This document shows, piece after piece, positions 1 to 12,219 of a DNA stretch of 64,000 bases. The position numbers were made by a program, and so were the translations under genes. The stretch spans positions 108,748,001 to 108,812,000 of the forward strand of contig OZ296650.1 of assembly GCA_965655095.1 (NCBI GenBank), in the 5' to 3' direction. A model generated the notes under the pieces. It saw only the letters and a list, made by a program, of their open reading frames with translations, did no database searches and had not been told where the DNA came from. This DNA is from Haplodiscus bocki. Its lineage: Eukaryota. Positions within the stretch are counted from its first letter, which is position 1; every line of letters starts with the position of its first letter.

Positions 1-3000
1 AAAGAACGAGCAACTCGACCGAATGAACCTTTCGGTCAGTACGAATCTTTTCATCTCATAAAACACCCTTCTTCCAATTTGGTCGTTCGTAAGGAGGCTT
101 CAATGAAAGAAGGCCGATTAGCAAAATCATTGAGTTTGAGTCGAGTCAAGGAGAAAGAATCTTTCCACCTTGTTTCAAGCAAGAATAAAGTTGAATGTCA
201 GCAAAAAGTGGGTGAACGAAATTCTTCAACACGTGTTAAATACTTCTGCCTAAGCTGACGGATGCGATCATTTGAATAAACAACACGTGTTAGTTGAATT
301 TGGGCGTCGTTAATGATTGTTGAAAGTTCAAAGCAAAGGACAAAAATCCGGAACGAACATTCAAAAAGCAAAGTTTCTAAAAAAGGCATAAGGAATTTGA
401 CCTTGAAAGACGAACAAGACCAAATTAGAGCTCTCGAAACTGCAGCGTGTTTGGTGCAATGATCGCCTGAATTTTGCTTTTAGTCGTAAGGTTTCCAGGT
501 GCGGATTCTTATGCTCTTTTTTTCGGGTGTTTTTCTATTGGTTTTCATTTCCAAAAGTAGAGCCTCCCAGTTCTCCAAATTGGTGCCCGCATAAGTGTAT
601 TGTCAATGAAACCAAAAAGCTTGGAGAGCAGAGTATTCTGTTGTTTGAATGGCGCAAAAAAGCACAGAGCGGATAAGCAGTGCGGGCTTGAGAAAGGGCT
701 CCTGTTTGTATTCAAAAATTCAAAGAAAAAATTGTCTCAGTATTGCAAATTTCCTACAGAATCCTTGGACTAATTGCTAGCTGCTCATGCTATGTCTATT
801 GCGGCTCCGCCTGTTTTGGGAACAACTTTTCAGAAACTTGCGGGAGTCTCAACAAACAAGGAAGTCTGAGTAAGGAAGGTCAACAGTGTGGAAAAAGGGA
901 AACAGAACAAACCTGTGAAAACGACTAGCTTTAGAAGGTTCTTTTTGTGATGTTGTAGTCTAAATTAGACTTCAAATGCATATCTGTACGGGTTTAGACA
1001 TTTCAGGCGTACCTGCAGGAAAATTTTTGATATAGGCGAGCGAGAGCTAGGTACAGGGAGAAAGAAGGGCTTTGCTTTTCATAGCCTCGTTTTTCATTTT
1101 TGAACGCAAGCCAGTTGCTGAAAAAAACGCAAATATTCAAACCAGTCAGAAGAAAAGGAGTTTTTGAAGTATGCAGCAATTACGAAAACGGTCAAACAAT
1201 AAAAACTCGACACTCATAATCAGAACAGAAGAAGTGCGCCAGTGATGGAAAACGAATGAGACCATTCAAGGCAAAAGACGGAACATTTCATTACGACGAG
1301 AAGAAACTGTGAACATAAGCACTAAGGTGCTTAGCGCAAGGCTCGAGGAAGTAATCAACCTTTTGACTACATCACTGACCACATGCTTATGCAATGCCAG
1401 ACAGCATGTAGCAAAATCCGTGGAGATTAGGAGAGAACAACCAAGAGATAATAGCGGAGGTTCAAGGTCACTATCCCAACTTCAAACAAAATTTGGCTGA
1501 AAAAAAATTGTCATTTCAAAAGTCAGCGAAATCCAGCTGCTGTTTAGCAAATGCCCTCGCAGAGCAGCAAGGTTCCAAAACTTGACAACCAGGTGGTAAG
1601 TAAACAAAAACGAATCTGGAAAAAAATCTGCCCAAACAGCCGTGATTTCTCGATAACTTTTCTCAGAAAACTCAAGAAAAAGAATTTTCGCGGAACTCCG
1701 ATATCACATGAACAATCAGGAGATCCAGATGGTTATAAGTAGACACACACTCGAGGCAATTTTCTAGTTGAAGAGCGTCGTAATAAATTATCGCACAGGG
1801 TAAAAACAATCAAAAAATTTCTCTACATCTAAAGATTACCTTGGCCAGACCACCTATCTTAGACGGAGCGTACCCCGAAAAGCTCCCGACGTCTTCTCCA
1901 AGCATCCCAATGGTCTTCAAGACACCCAGTTTACTTTTATTGTTTGAGCAACGGGATAAAAAGTTTTTGGAAGAGTCGACGAAGGTTAAGGAAACCTATT
2001 TTTTTTGCCAATTTTGAGCAATATTTCCATGCCAAAATTTCGCTCGCAGTCGAAACATGAATCAAAACTCACTTCTGAAACAGTTCCTCAATTCAAGTGA
2101 TATGCATCATTTTGAGGCAAGCTGAACGCGCTAAACTTAGATAATGCAGCAATTTATTTATAAATTCAAGTTTTTGCACAAAAATATTCGGTAAAAATAT
2201 TGTGAAAAATCAAAAAAAATAGGCCAAAAAGTAAATGCAACTAACTTTTCATATTCAATCGCCTAACCAGCATTGTGATGCCATACATGGGATATTAGGC
2301 CAGAAAAGCGCGACAATGTAACCCATGCCCTCTGAAAAATCTGGGTTTTTAATTATTTTCGCCAAAAAACTCGCCGGCGGAAAATATTCGGCCCCAGTCA
2401 ATGATGACGTTGCCAGCCAGCTAAGCAAAAAGCAAACGGATCCTACAAATGCGTTTGTAGAAAAAGCGACAAAGTTATGATACGCAGTGGGCAATGGGGA
2501 ATGTCGAATCTGTTCCCAAAAAATTCAAAAAATTTCCGATCTTATTTTGACGGAAACTGGCTGGAAAAAATTGGCAAAAAAATCACAGCACGCCGCTCAA
2601 ATGAATGGTTCTCCATAGATTAATGCAAGAAGATTAGCAATTCCAAGCTTCATGTAAAGACAACTCAAAAATATAAGCTTTGCCCTCCCAAAAAAAATCC
2701 GAAAAATGAAAAATTTTTTCGCTAATGACTCGTCGAAAAAAATTTCGCTGATCAAAAATTTCGATTATGATAGATCGTAACCCCGTCGTAGTGTTTTTAC
2801 AAAAATCGGATAAATCTGAACTATAGGTGCCGAAAAAAAACACATTCAATGAGATGAAACGCAGAGGGATGTCACGGACGGGGAAAAAACGGAATCATTT
2901 TGACGTGCCCTTGAGCGAATAGGTTTTGCTCCGCTCGCTTAAAAAAAGGATGATTGTGATAATGTGGTGGTTCCCAAAGTGGAAGTCAAACACGTTTCAG

Positions 3001-3214
3001 GAAGACTGTAAGCTGCAAGGAACTTAATGAACCAAAGTTCGTTGCTGGGTTATGGTGAGGAAGCAACTTGAAAGTAATACTGTTTCTTGAACCGCCATTA
3101 GAAAGTAGAAATTCTGGCGGCTTAGTATTCTAGTTGTGTTCTAATTTTTTATAGGTGCCCTCGATATTCGATCTTTCATAAAGGGCACAGTTCTGAAAAG
3201 GGGACAAAAATACC

Positions 3215-3297
3215 AACCTGAAGGAAACAAGAAGTTGGAAAAATCATCGGAGGCCGAAACCTGAAGGAAACAAGAAATTGGAAAAATCATCGGAGGC
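3215..3297. repeat. Tandem duplication, 43-bp period, 2 copies
   Basis: aacctgaaggaaacaagaa(g/a)ttggaaaaatcatcggaggc starts at 3215 and again at 3258, with one mismatch. Confidence 0.9.
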
Positions 3298-6200
3298 TGG
3301 AGGGAGGAACGCGAATGATGTGATAATTAATCGTCGCTTAGCCAACACATTGCCAGTGAACGGCTATTCTGTATAGAAGTAAAGGCTTGTGATGATTCGC
3401 CATTACTCAAAGGCGAAGCTGTGCTCCGCAACACTTGCGCCAACGGATTAGCAATAAACAAATCGAACACATTTATATGTTATTTAAAGGATCATGCTAC
3501 TACGAAAGCCACTGTGTGAATGATTACACAAAATTTCTTTGACTCAGCTGTTATGGAAATTTGACAAGTGCAAATGGCTATAGGAATCAATCCACTTTTA
3601 TTTAATAAAAATAAACGCGCAGGCTAGAATATAGGCCACGTGAACAAAGTTTTTCCAGAAAACAAGAAAAAAGTCTAGCTCACAAAAGACTGCAGGCACA
3701 AATGCGAGTTGTAAAGTAAACGGATCGCAAAAAAAAATGAAATTCGAAGACAATGATGAAATCTTACTTGCTCAAATGTAATTATCTGCTTGTTGGGAAC
3801 AATAAAATGAACGCAAAATAAAATAACCAAAAGGAGAAATTGAAAATTGCTGAAGTAATGGGATTTGTGTGGAAGTGGTAATGTTTTGTAGACTAAAAGA
3901 AGAAACCGGGGTTTTGCCAGCTCTTCTGGAGGCAATCGGTGAAACAACGAGGACACCAGAAACAGAAGATTACTCTGTAGCCAAACTGGGAAACGCATCT
4001 TCACCACAGGAATTGTACAGGACATGTCCGAAAAAAACATCAGCATCTGAGCCATTGGTAAGAAACTATCAAGATGAGCTAACTAAATGAAAACCGGCAT
4101 GCAAACAGAACACTTGTTTCGGATGCTCGGCACAGCCTAATATTTATCAGGCATAGGCATCCTAAGAGTTTGGCGTTATGCCAACGGTAAGAGTTGAATA
4201 CGGTAAGCAGCCAAACAGAAGGGGAACTCTCGGCGAGCTGACTACCTAATGCATTGCGGTGAAAGCGAGCATTAGCGGGATTCTAAATGCGGGCCTATTA
4301 AAGAGCGGGCAGTTGTAGTATTCAAAAATCATGTTGTCGAGAAGCAAATTGGCAGTTAAACACCAAAGATACAGTATGAGAAGAGCGCTGTGATGAGGCG
4401 TCAATGGCAATGAGGGCCATGAGATTAACGATGTGAGTAAAAAAAACTGAAAATCAATCATGATCAGCCAAAAATGTGAAGAACATCAATGATCAATGAC
4501 ATGGACTGAAGAGACAATTGTAAATTCGGAAGCTTTGAAAAAAATTGTAAAAAGGATTACACATCACCGAATCAGATCGTATACTGAATAGAGGTCAAGG
4601 GAAGTCAGACAGTCCAGGAAATTGCCGAAATGAAATTATTTGAAAACTTCGATGAAAAAACGAGCAAAATCCAAAACTTGCCGAAAGGGGGGGAGCAGAA
4701 AATCGAAATTGGAATTTCTCTAATGCAACCGAAGAACCGCTATATCAGTGTCACTACCGAACAGGGAGTTGATGTGACAGCAAAAATGAAGAACAGAAAT
4801 TTTCGAGAATTGGGAAAATGCTGCATCTGAGGCAAAAATTCGACAAGTTATTAAGTTTAGAGGACTACACACAGGCTAACTAACTAACAAACACTGCTAA
4901 CAGAAAGATAATGTAACGCGATTATCGTTCACTTTGAAAAACAGTGATAGCGACTGATTGATGATGTCAAAAAAACTCTTAATATGGAGACAAATGTCGG
5001 CTAATGCACCTAGAAATGACCACAACCATGTTTGGGAATGCTGATATCGTGAATATTATGACAGTCCAAATGTTGCTTTCAAGCTAGGAAGCTTAACTTC
5101 AAGCGTTTCATACGTAAATATTTGCAAAAAGCGCCTTGTTGCAGCTAAATTGTAGATGACTCGCTTTTCATTGATCAAAGAAAGTTACAAACGATTCTAT
5201 TGAAAGTTACTATTTGAAGGATAATTTACGCAAAGTACAGCAAGAGGCTACCGCAGAAGCTAAACTTTTCCCGAGTCTCAAGAAACTTATTGTGCTATAC
5301 ATGCAGCAGTTATTATAATACTAGAATGAGAAAAAACAAACACCTGGATGTTTTTTAAAATCAATAACTGCATTTATGACGTCATTGCTAGCAGATAAGC
5401 AATTGTTTCAATTCTTCAAAAAACGAGGTTTATTCTTTTGCAGCTGTGAAAATTTAGGCAGCTGCTGTAGTTGCAACGATTGAAACGGTATTGGAGTGGA
5501 AACAGGTTGAGCCACCAGCAAAAGCAAGCTGTGACTGAAAAAGAAAGCGAATACGATTCAAAGTCTCAATAATGGCCTGACATGATCTACCAGTTGCGAA
5601 ATCATCACCACATAGGTGGATCAAGAAGGCCGGTCTGTCGCAGTTTGTTAGAATTGACGATTCGAATGTATAATGGCGTGTACCAGAGTAATTGAAAGGG
5701 ATTCGGAGTAATTAAATGGGATCCGTCGAGTCAATGAGTACGCACATTAGTTTCAATAGGCACCAACTATAACATTTCAGGAAGCGTCAGGTCCACTGGA
5801 CAACCCTGGAACTGACTTTTTAGTAGTTATTGAGAATCTTGCAAAATCTGAGTAGACAAACTGTCATTACAACTATCAGTAAAACGTAATCTCGGCTCAG
5901 AAAGTAGTGGCTCGGTTTTCGGTTGGATCAAGCACCACCACTGGAGATGGGTCACTGCTACAAGTAAGGATAAATGAGCCGTCTCACCGGCCCCTCCGAC
6001 TAGCACGGGCGTCACTGCGATGGGAAAACGAACCCTGAGAGTTGAAAGCGACTGGTCTGCCATCACAAATTGTGCTGCAACCACTTTGATGGGAGGTTGC
6101 AACAAAAAAACTAAAGCCTCATGATGGGTGTTCGTTGATTGCGGAAGTATCCCATCGAGGGACCGCGTTGGAAATTCAAAATGGACAACAGGAGGATCAT

Positions 6201-8228
6201 CACCTCGACCTTGGAATTACAGGTCATAATCGAAAAAGCCGGAAAGAACGTGAGTAATTAATGCCCACTCTTCGAAAAAACTAATGTCAAGAAAGAGATG
6301 ACGGGACATTGTTCCAGCCTCGTAATATTAATGGGCACCGTATTTATTGTAAGAAGTTGTGATTTTAGGTTTCGCCTCGGAAATATTCTCGGTAACAATC
6401 TCGTGTAAGGCAAAAACGTATTCAACACGTGGAAATTTTGCAAACCTTGTGATATTGAATAGCAGATCTATAAGTTTGATAGGCTCAAATCCACAGAAAA
6501 AACGGTACGACTACAGCCAGTTGTTGAATAGTTAGAATTATAACGAACCCAAAGTTCCATTTGGACGTATCTGTACAAATCATTCCATTATTTATCTGTA
6601 TTGGAAGTGAGAGTACATTTAGGGAAACTATGAGAGCGGTCAACGACTGCCACCGTTTGTCCGTATTTGCAACTAGCATGTTGCAATTGTACTTCAGGTA
6701 AATTTGTTCACTCACGCATTAGTTCAGCAATAGAGAAAGTACCCAAATCAGAGAGAATTATAAGTCTGGAAGAAGTTCTGGTTAACTCACTCTCTAGGGT
6801 GTCTGCTCTGACATTTCTCAAAAGAAGAGCAAACAAGTATCAATAGCTGTTAAAAATTAGTGGTGGAGTGATGATTTCAGTGGTCCAAGCAAAATTACAG
6901 AAACTGGCTGTGAAAGTATTCTCAAATATCATCACGGAGCTCCTCTAAAAAGTAGGCATCTAAGAGTTTTTGATGGATGGAATAAAGAATTCCGTGAAAA
7001 TTGGAAATTACTTGCATTTGCAAATTTGAGACGATTTTAACAAAACCTAGACGTCCGGCAATTTTTGATTTCTGAAGCATTTTGTTTAAGTACATGACAG
7101 AAGTACACTAAATTAGTAGACTATCTGAGGACGTCAAAAAAAGCAAGTTCTGAACAGCATAAAAGGCATAGGCACCAACAGTGCAAGGCATTAGGCGCTA
7201 GGTAATTAGTATGGCAGAAAAGTAAAAATAGGATTTATCGAAAATTTCATCGCGTCGAAAAACTGCAGATTAACTGAAGCGTCAAAAATTTTTCTATCGC
7301 GTCGAAAACTTCAGACTCTGCGACGAAAATGTCGAAGAATACAATAGTCTAGTGGTTAACTTTACGCTTTGAATAGTTTGTAATAGTTTGACGCTTTGGG
7401 AGTAAACAAATTTCAGACACGATGCATGGTTACCATTTTGAAAAAGCGAAAACAGGATGCGAATTAATGTGAAAAATTCGAGAATATTTGAATATAAGTA
7501 CGTGAAGATTTGAATCTAAGCCCCAACTGCCTAAAGTACTTGAAGTCTAAAAGTGAACACTGACGCTCGTTCTAGCTTGGGGCAAGTTGTTAGAGAGTAA
7601 ATAGAAAAGTCAATATTAAGCAGGGACCATTCCGGGTCACTTTGGTGATCAGCCTCGCTCAGTTGGTCGGTCACGAAGACGTTAGCGAAGGAAAAATAAA
7701 ATCTATGGGCATTAAGTTTCACTTAATGCCTAAAACTGGGCACACGCCTGTTTCAATACACATTCTTCCAGTCCGAATGTGTAAAAACATTGCAACAAGC
7801 AATTTTTAACAACGTGAAAAAGGGTCTTTTTCAGTATCGCCTAATGTGAGGAAAAGTATGTCCCCATCTTCAAATAATTATATTAACGGAACGTTCTTTG
7901 ATACTATTTGCAACGAATATCAGAGTTATTGTTTGATGTAATCCTTGAGTGATTTATGCAATTATAAACTAGTGATTACTCATTCAAGTTATTCATTCGG
8001 AAAAATGTGACTCCACTTATCTCAACTGCTAGGGGAGGGGGGGAGATAATTCGGTGGGGAAACTGGAAAAGACAATCGAACACTCTGAACACCACATGTA
8101 AATAAGGAATTGACAATTTTCACACCTTCAACGTCCGCCCAATCTCTGTCCCCTCAGGCAGGTTACACAACACTTGCAGAATTGAATGGCCAAGAAGAAT
8201 CCAACACTTTTCCTTTATCAAGCAGAAT

Positions 8229-8507
8229 TCAACCACTGCTCGTTTTTTGGGCTTCGCCACCTGGAGTAGCAGAGGAGACCTCAGTAGTAGTGGTAGTAGT
8301 AGAGGTATCATTAGGAGTAGTTACCCAATCGGGCAACGTGTACTCGTAGGATACGATAACGCCATCGAAATGCACTATTGGTACGGGGGTATCTCCGTCA
8401 TGTTCGTTGTATAGCATGCGATTCCTGAATTGGCGAGTACCTCTGATTTGGCGAAACAGAGCAAACACGCCGAAACCATAGCTGATGGCAGCGAAGATCG
8501 TTATTAT
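8229..8507 (-). CDS. MARVEL-domain-like 4-TM protein, last coding exon (TM4 plus Thr-rich C-terminal tail)
   Basis: Acceptor tttag ends at 8508. Reads IITIFAAISYGFGVFALFRQIRG...DTSTTTTTTEVSS...SSG*, in frame with the ORF-track entry 8229..8468; phase 0 with the upstream exon. Confidence 0.75.
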   Translation of the reverse strand: MITIFAAISYGFGVFALFRQIRGTRQFRNRMLYNEHDGDTPVPIVHFDGVIVSYEYTLPDWVTTPNDTSTTTTTTEVSSATPGGEAQKTSSG

Positions 8508-9578
8508 CTAAACAACAATTTCATACTTGAACAAAATGACTGCCATCCTTTCGTTTCGTTTCCTTTTGACAATCAAGTCGGGCTGCCCGTAAGACTCTCA
8601 ATTAGTTAGGGAGATAAAAAAATGGGGCGTTTTCTTAAAAACTTAAAATTGTTTCGAAAAATTAGCATCACGCAAAATTCGGGTATTCTCAAATTTGACG
8701 CTACATTTGCGTCGTGCTTTGAGTTCTTTCCATGCAGGTAGAAAACATGTGAATGTCATACCAGGCAGTAGATTTTAGTCGATTTCAGAGCTCATGAAAA
8801 ATCTACGTGATAATCGGGTACTTTAATTCCCACTAGAACCAAAAAGCCCCAAAAACTTACCTACGTTAGCAGTTTATGTACACCCATTTTGGGCCTCTGC
8901 GTTCATCAAATTTTAGCTGTAGAGGTGAAAAAAAACATTCGGGTAATTAAATTTCATTTGGCAAAAAATATTCTAACGCAGACTTGGTACCCGTTAAGCT
9001 TCCATTAGTTGAAAGTTAGCTAACAAACTGCTCCAAAACATACAACATTGTCAGAGTTCTTGAAACTTTCGCTCTAAAAACATTGCCTTTACTCAATGAG
9101 CTGCAGCTAAAACTTGTTAATGAAAGCGGAAACGTTGTATTCAGTCATTTTGCCATATTCAGTCAAAAAGCAACAGATTGTTCAGTTTCGTAATTTTCAA
9201 TCATTTTGCTAAAAATTATAATTTAACTTCACAACGAATATTCAGTTGAATTTTCAAATATAGCCACCGAATTTTCGAATCAACTTTCAATTTATTTGTT
9301 TCAACTCCATTTAGTTGACAGCGTGACCGCTCGGATTCTAGCCTCTTACAGGACAAGTGGAGGCCGTAACAAGTAGTACTAACGATACTACTTTGCCAAA
9401 TACGTTAGTTTTTTCGACCAGTTCTGTTTTCAAGGAGGTAAAATATTCATCGCCACTGAATTCATTACATTTTGACGTTTAAAATCAAATTTTTGGCATT
9501 TTCTATGTCTGTCCTGTATTTTTTTTTCAATTCTTGACGTCTTTTACAACCATGAGCAGAAAGGTTGCAACCACTAAC

Positions 9579-9704
9579 ACTGCTTTCGTGGGCTTGAATT
9601 GAATGCCAATCCGGGTAATGCTTCTCGTAGTAGAGCGCAACTTCCAAGACCAACACGCTCAGAACACCGAAGGCCAGAAAAAACACCGAACTGATGAAGA
9701 GGTC
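9579..9704 (-). CDS. MARVEL-domain-like protein, middle exon (TM3)
   Basis: Acceptor ttctttcaag, donor GTTAGT; 126 nt = DLFISSVFFLAFGVLSVLVLEVALYYEKHYPDWHSIQAHESS, phase 0 at both ends. Confidence 0.75.
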
Positions 9705-10609
9705 CTTGAAAGAAATGCAATGTAAGAATCAAAACTTGATCCACAACAAACAACATAGCCACCTAAGCCGGATAGGACTTCAATATTTTTTTGAGATAAA
9801 TAACCATAGGGTCCCCACTTAATCCTTATTCCGTTTTCCCGCGAATTCGGATCGATAAATTAAAATGTTCAGGGGTTTACACATATATTAGTAGATTGGA
9901 GTAGATTGGCTGAGGAACAAAAAATATCTTCATTTTTTTACTTCCACGCTCTCACCGCTTCTATGATGGTCCATATCGTTCCTCCTCAACTCACACGCAG
10001 CTTTGCTGCGTTTTGGAAAAATTCTAAATGTCGCACGAAAATCCTTATGTCGGAGGAAGTCGCAAAATGTCGTACGAAAAAGTATCAAAAACAAAAACCG
10101 AGTAACAGAATAAATACTTCGCAAAATTAATATTTACCGAAGTCCTTAAAATAAACAAATTGATCTGTAGAAATCACAGTTGAACAGAGTAACGTTACTT
10201 ATAGGGTGAAAATTAAAATGAAATTCGGAGAGTTCAATTTTAATCACAAAAATATTCAGCATCCTTATAAAAGTGCAGCACATATGAAGTTTAAAAAAAG
10301 TCATTAGCAAATAAACTTATTATCGCGTGATTATTTTGAAATGACAATTTCAAAACTTTCCAGACACGCTCGAATGGGGGAATTTTTCACATCAACTACT
10401 TCTTACGTATGACCATAACAGATGTATGTCAAGTGTAAATGTTCTGAAGTCATCACTTCCCGGCTGTTTTTACAGTCACTTGCCCGTGATATAATAAGTC
10501 ATTGACAAACAGCACAGTCATCGTAATGACAGAGGATCGAACATACAACCGTTCGCTCTCCAAGCGGACTCATCACCAAAGCAATTTGCAAAGAACTTGG
10601 ACTAGCCAC

Positions 10610-10891
10610 TTTGTAGAACTCGAATGGAAATTGATATGTGAGTTTGAAGAAGTGCACAGTGAAGAAGAGAAGAGAGAATACGACAGAAGCAATTGTCACC
10701 ATTGCTAAGACCTCCAGTCTCCAATGCATTGGAAGATCCATCACCTTCCCTTCATCTTGCTTGGTTACAGCCAGAACACACACTGAACAGATACCCGAGG
10801 CCGCCTGAAACAAATTTAGAACTGCTGGAATCCAATCCCGTGATTTGTACAAAATATGGGACAATTTATACAACCTTCGTGGAAACGCCAT
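10610..10891 (-). CDS. MARVEL-domain-like protein, first coding exon (TM1-TM2)
   Basis: ATG at 10891 (MAFPRR...). Hydrophobic segments AVLNLFQAASGICSVCVLAV and LEVLAMVTIASVVFSLLFFTVHFF, then FPFEFYK. Donor is either GTGGCT after 10610 or GCTAGT after 10607. Spliced product is ~228 aa with the four-helix spacing of MARVEL (MAL/CKLF/plasmolipin-like) proteins. Confidence 0.7.
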
Positions 10892-12219
10892 ACCAATTAG
10901 GTCAAAAAGGAAAGTAATTAAAAGGCTTTTTATTTGACTTTTGATGCTCGATATCTCTACAATCAATCATCAGACATTTCTGTTGAAAATGGTCGTTTGG
11001 CGTGCCAAATTGCGGGATCGAAAAAAAAATGCAGGGTGCAATTACACGGAGAACTTTACAAAGATCTAATATTTTGAAAACATCGTCCATATTGCGACAA
11101 CTTCTGTCCGTATTCCCCACAATCCATTAGTTTTAATCTGCTCCAATAAAAGTGCTGCTGTAACTTTAGTTAAGGCTGGACACATTAATGAGAACATTTA
11201 TACTCATATTTAGTCAGCCGTTTATTAAAGTAAAAACCGACTTTTACAGTGATTCGTTTGTTTTCACAGCTAAAACGTCCAAACGCTTTAACATTTTAAG
11301 GCCCCATCTCAATGATGTACATTTATGGGATCATTTAATGAATAGTTTAAATGATCCTTTAAATTCTTATAATTTTTTACTTTGAAAAAGTTAAACTATT
11401 TTGATTTAAATGATTGTTTACTTTCAAAAATCCTGGAAGTCTTATTTTTTCAAATTTTAATCCTTGATATATGTCAAACTAACGCCATGTGAGAACTTTC
11501 CGATCAAGAAAGTCGTTGATACCGTGTTTTAAAACTATTTAATCAAAAATTTTGAGAAAAATCAATTGACAAAAGGATTCCACTGAATTTCCGATTTCCT
11601 TTAGATCGAAACACGGTTTTTAAATCCTATATAAAATGGAGATAGTGGACCGTATCTCGGCTTTTTCAAACCTATCAAAATGTTTGTGACGTCATTGCCC
11701 AAAGACCGAAGCGAGCAAGTGAAAATGGCGAGCCAATAAAAAGCGAGTAAATAAAACTCAGTGACCATGTGTTGGTTATGGCGTCATGATGATCATGTCG
11801 AATGAAGAAATCGAAAGAGTTCACCAAGTCGTCCGCTACATTTACTCGCTTGCGTTATTCATTCAGTGTGATAACAGTGACTCTCGAAAAGACGTGAGCG
11901 GGTCTTTAGAAGGAAAATTTAATCTGCCGATTCGGCAGAAGGGCTTGGTAGTAAATAAAAATGTACATCAACGTGCACCCAACTTAAAACAAACGATGGT
12001 CCGGAAGTCTAGACAGAAGGGCAAAAAGCTTTGAAGCCGTATATGAAAATTGGAGACTGCGGAAGTCCAATTTTTTTGAGAACGTCCCATTCTTCAGATT
12101 TAATTTCGTATACACCCCGTGTAATATTTCATCAATGCCGGCAGTGGTGGCTCAAAATCTCTATCCTTGTGCCTTCGAAAGGATCTGCACCTCTACTATA
12201 ATTTCAGAAAAATTGTACT

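Noticed and set aside
650-720. Possible tRNA-derived SINE head (tggcgca...agcggataagc)
   Set aside because: No convincing B box or cloverleaf.
1986-2942. Possible TTAA-flanked non-autonomous DNA transposon (ttaaggaaacctatt ... aataggttt...cttaa)
   Set aside because: The terminal inverted match is short and interrupted; copy number cannot be checked here.
3350-4830. Possible decayed LTR-retrotransposon integrase region
   Set aside because: No intact HHCC or DDE motif and no LTR pair found.
5400-6750. Cys/Trp-rich minus-strand segments with a plausible ~55-nt intron, suggesting a lectin- or PAN-like gene
   Set aside because: In-frame stops and no consistent exon chain; family not identifiable.
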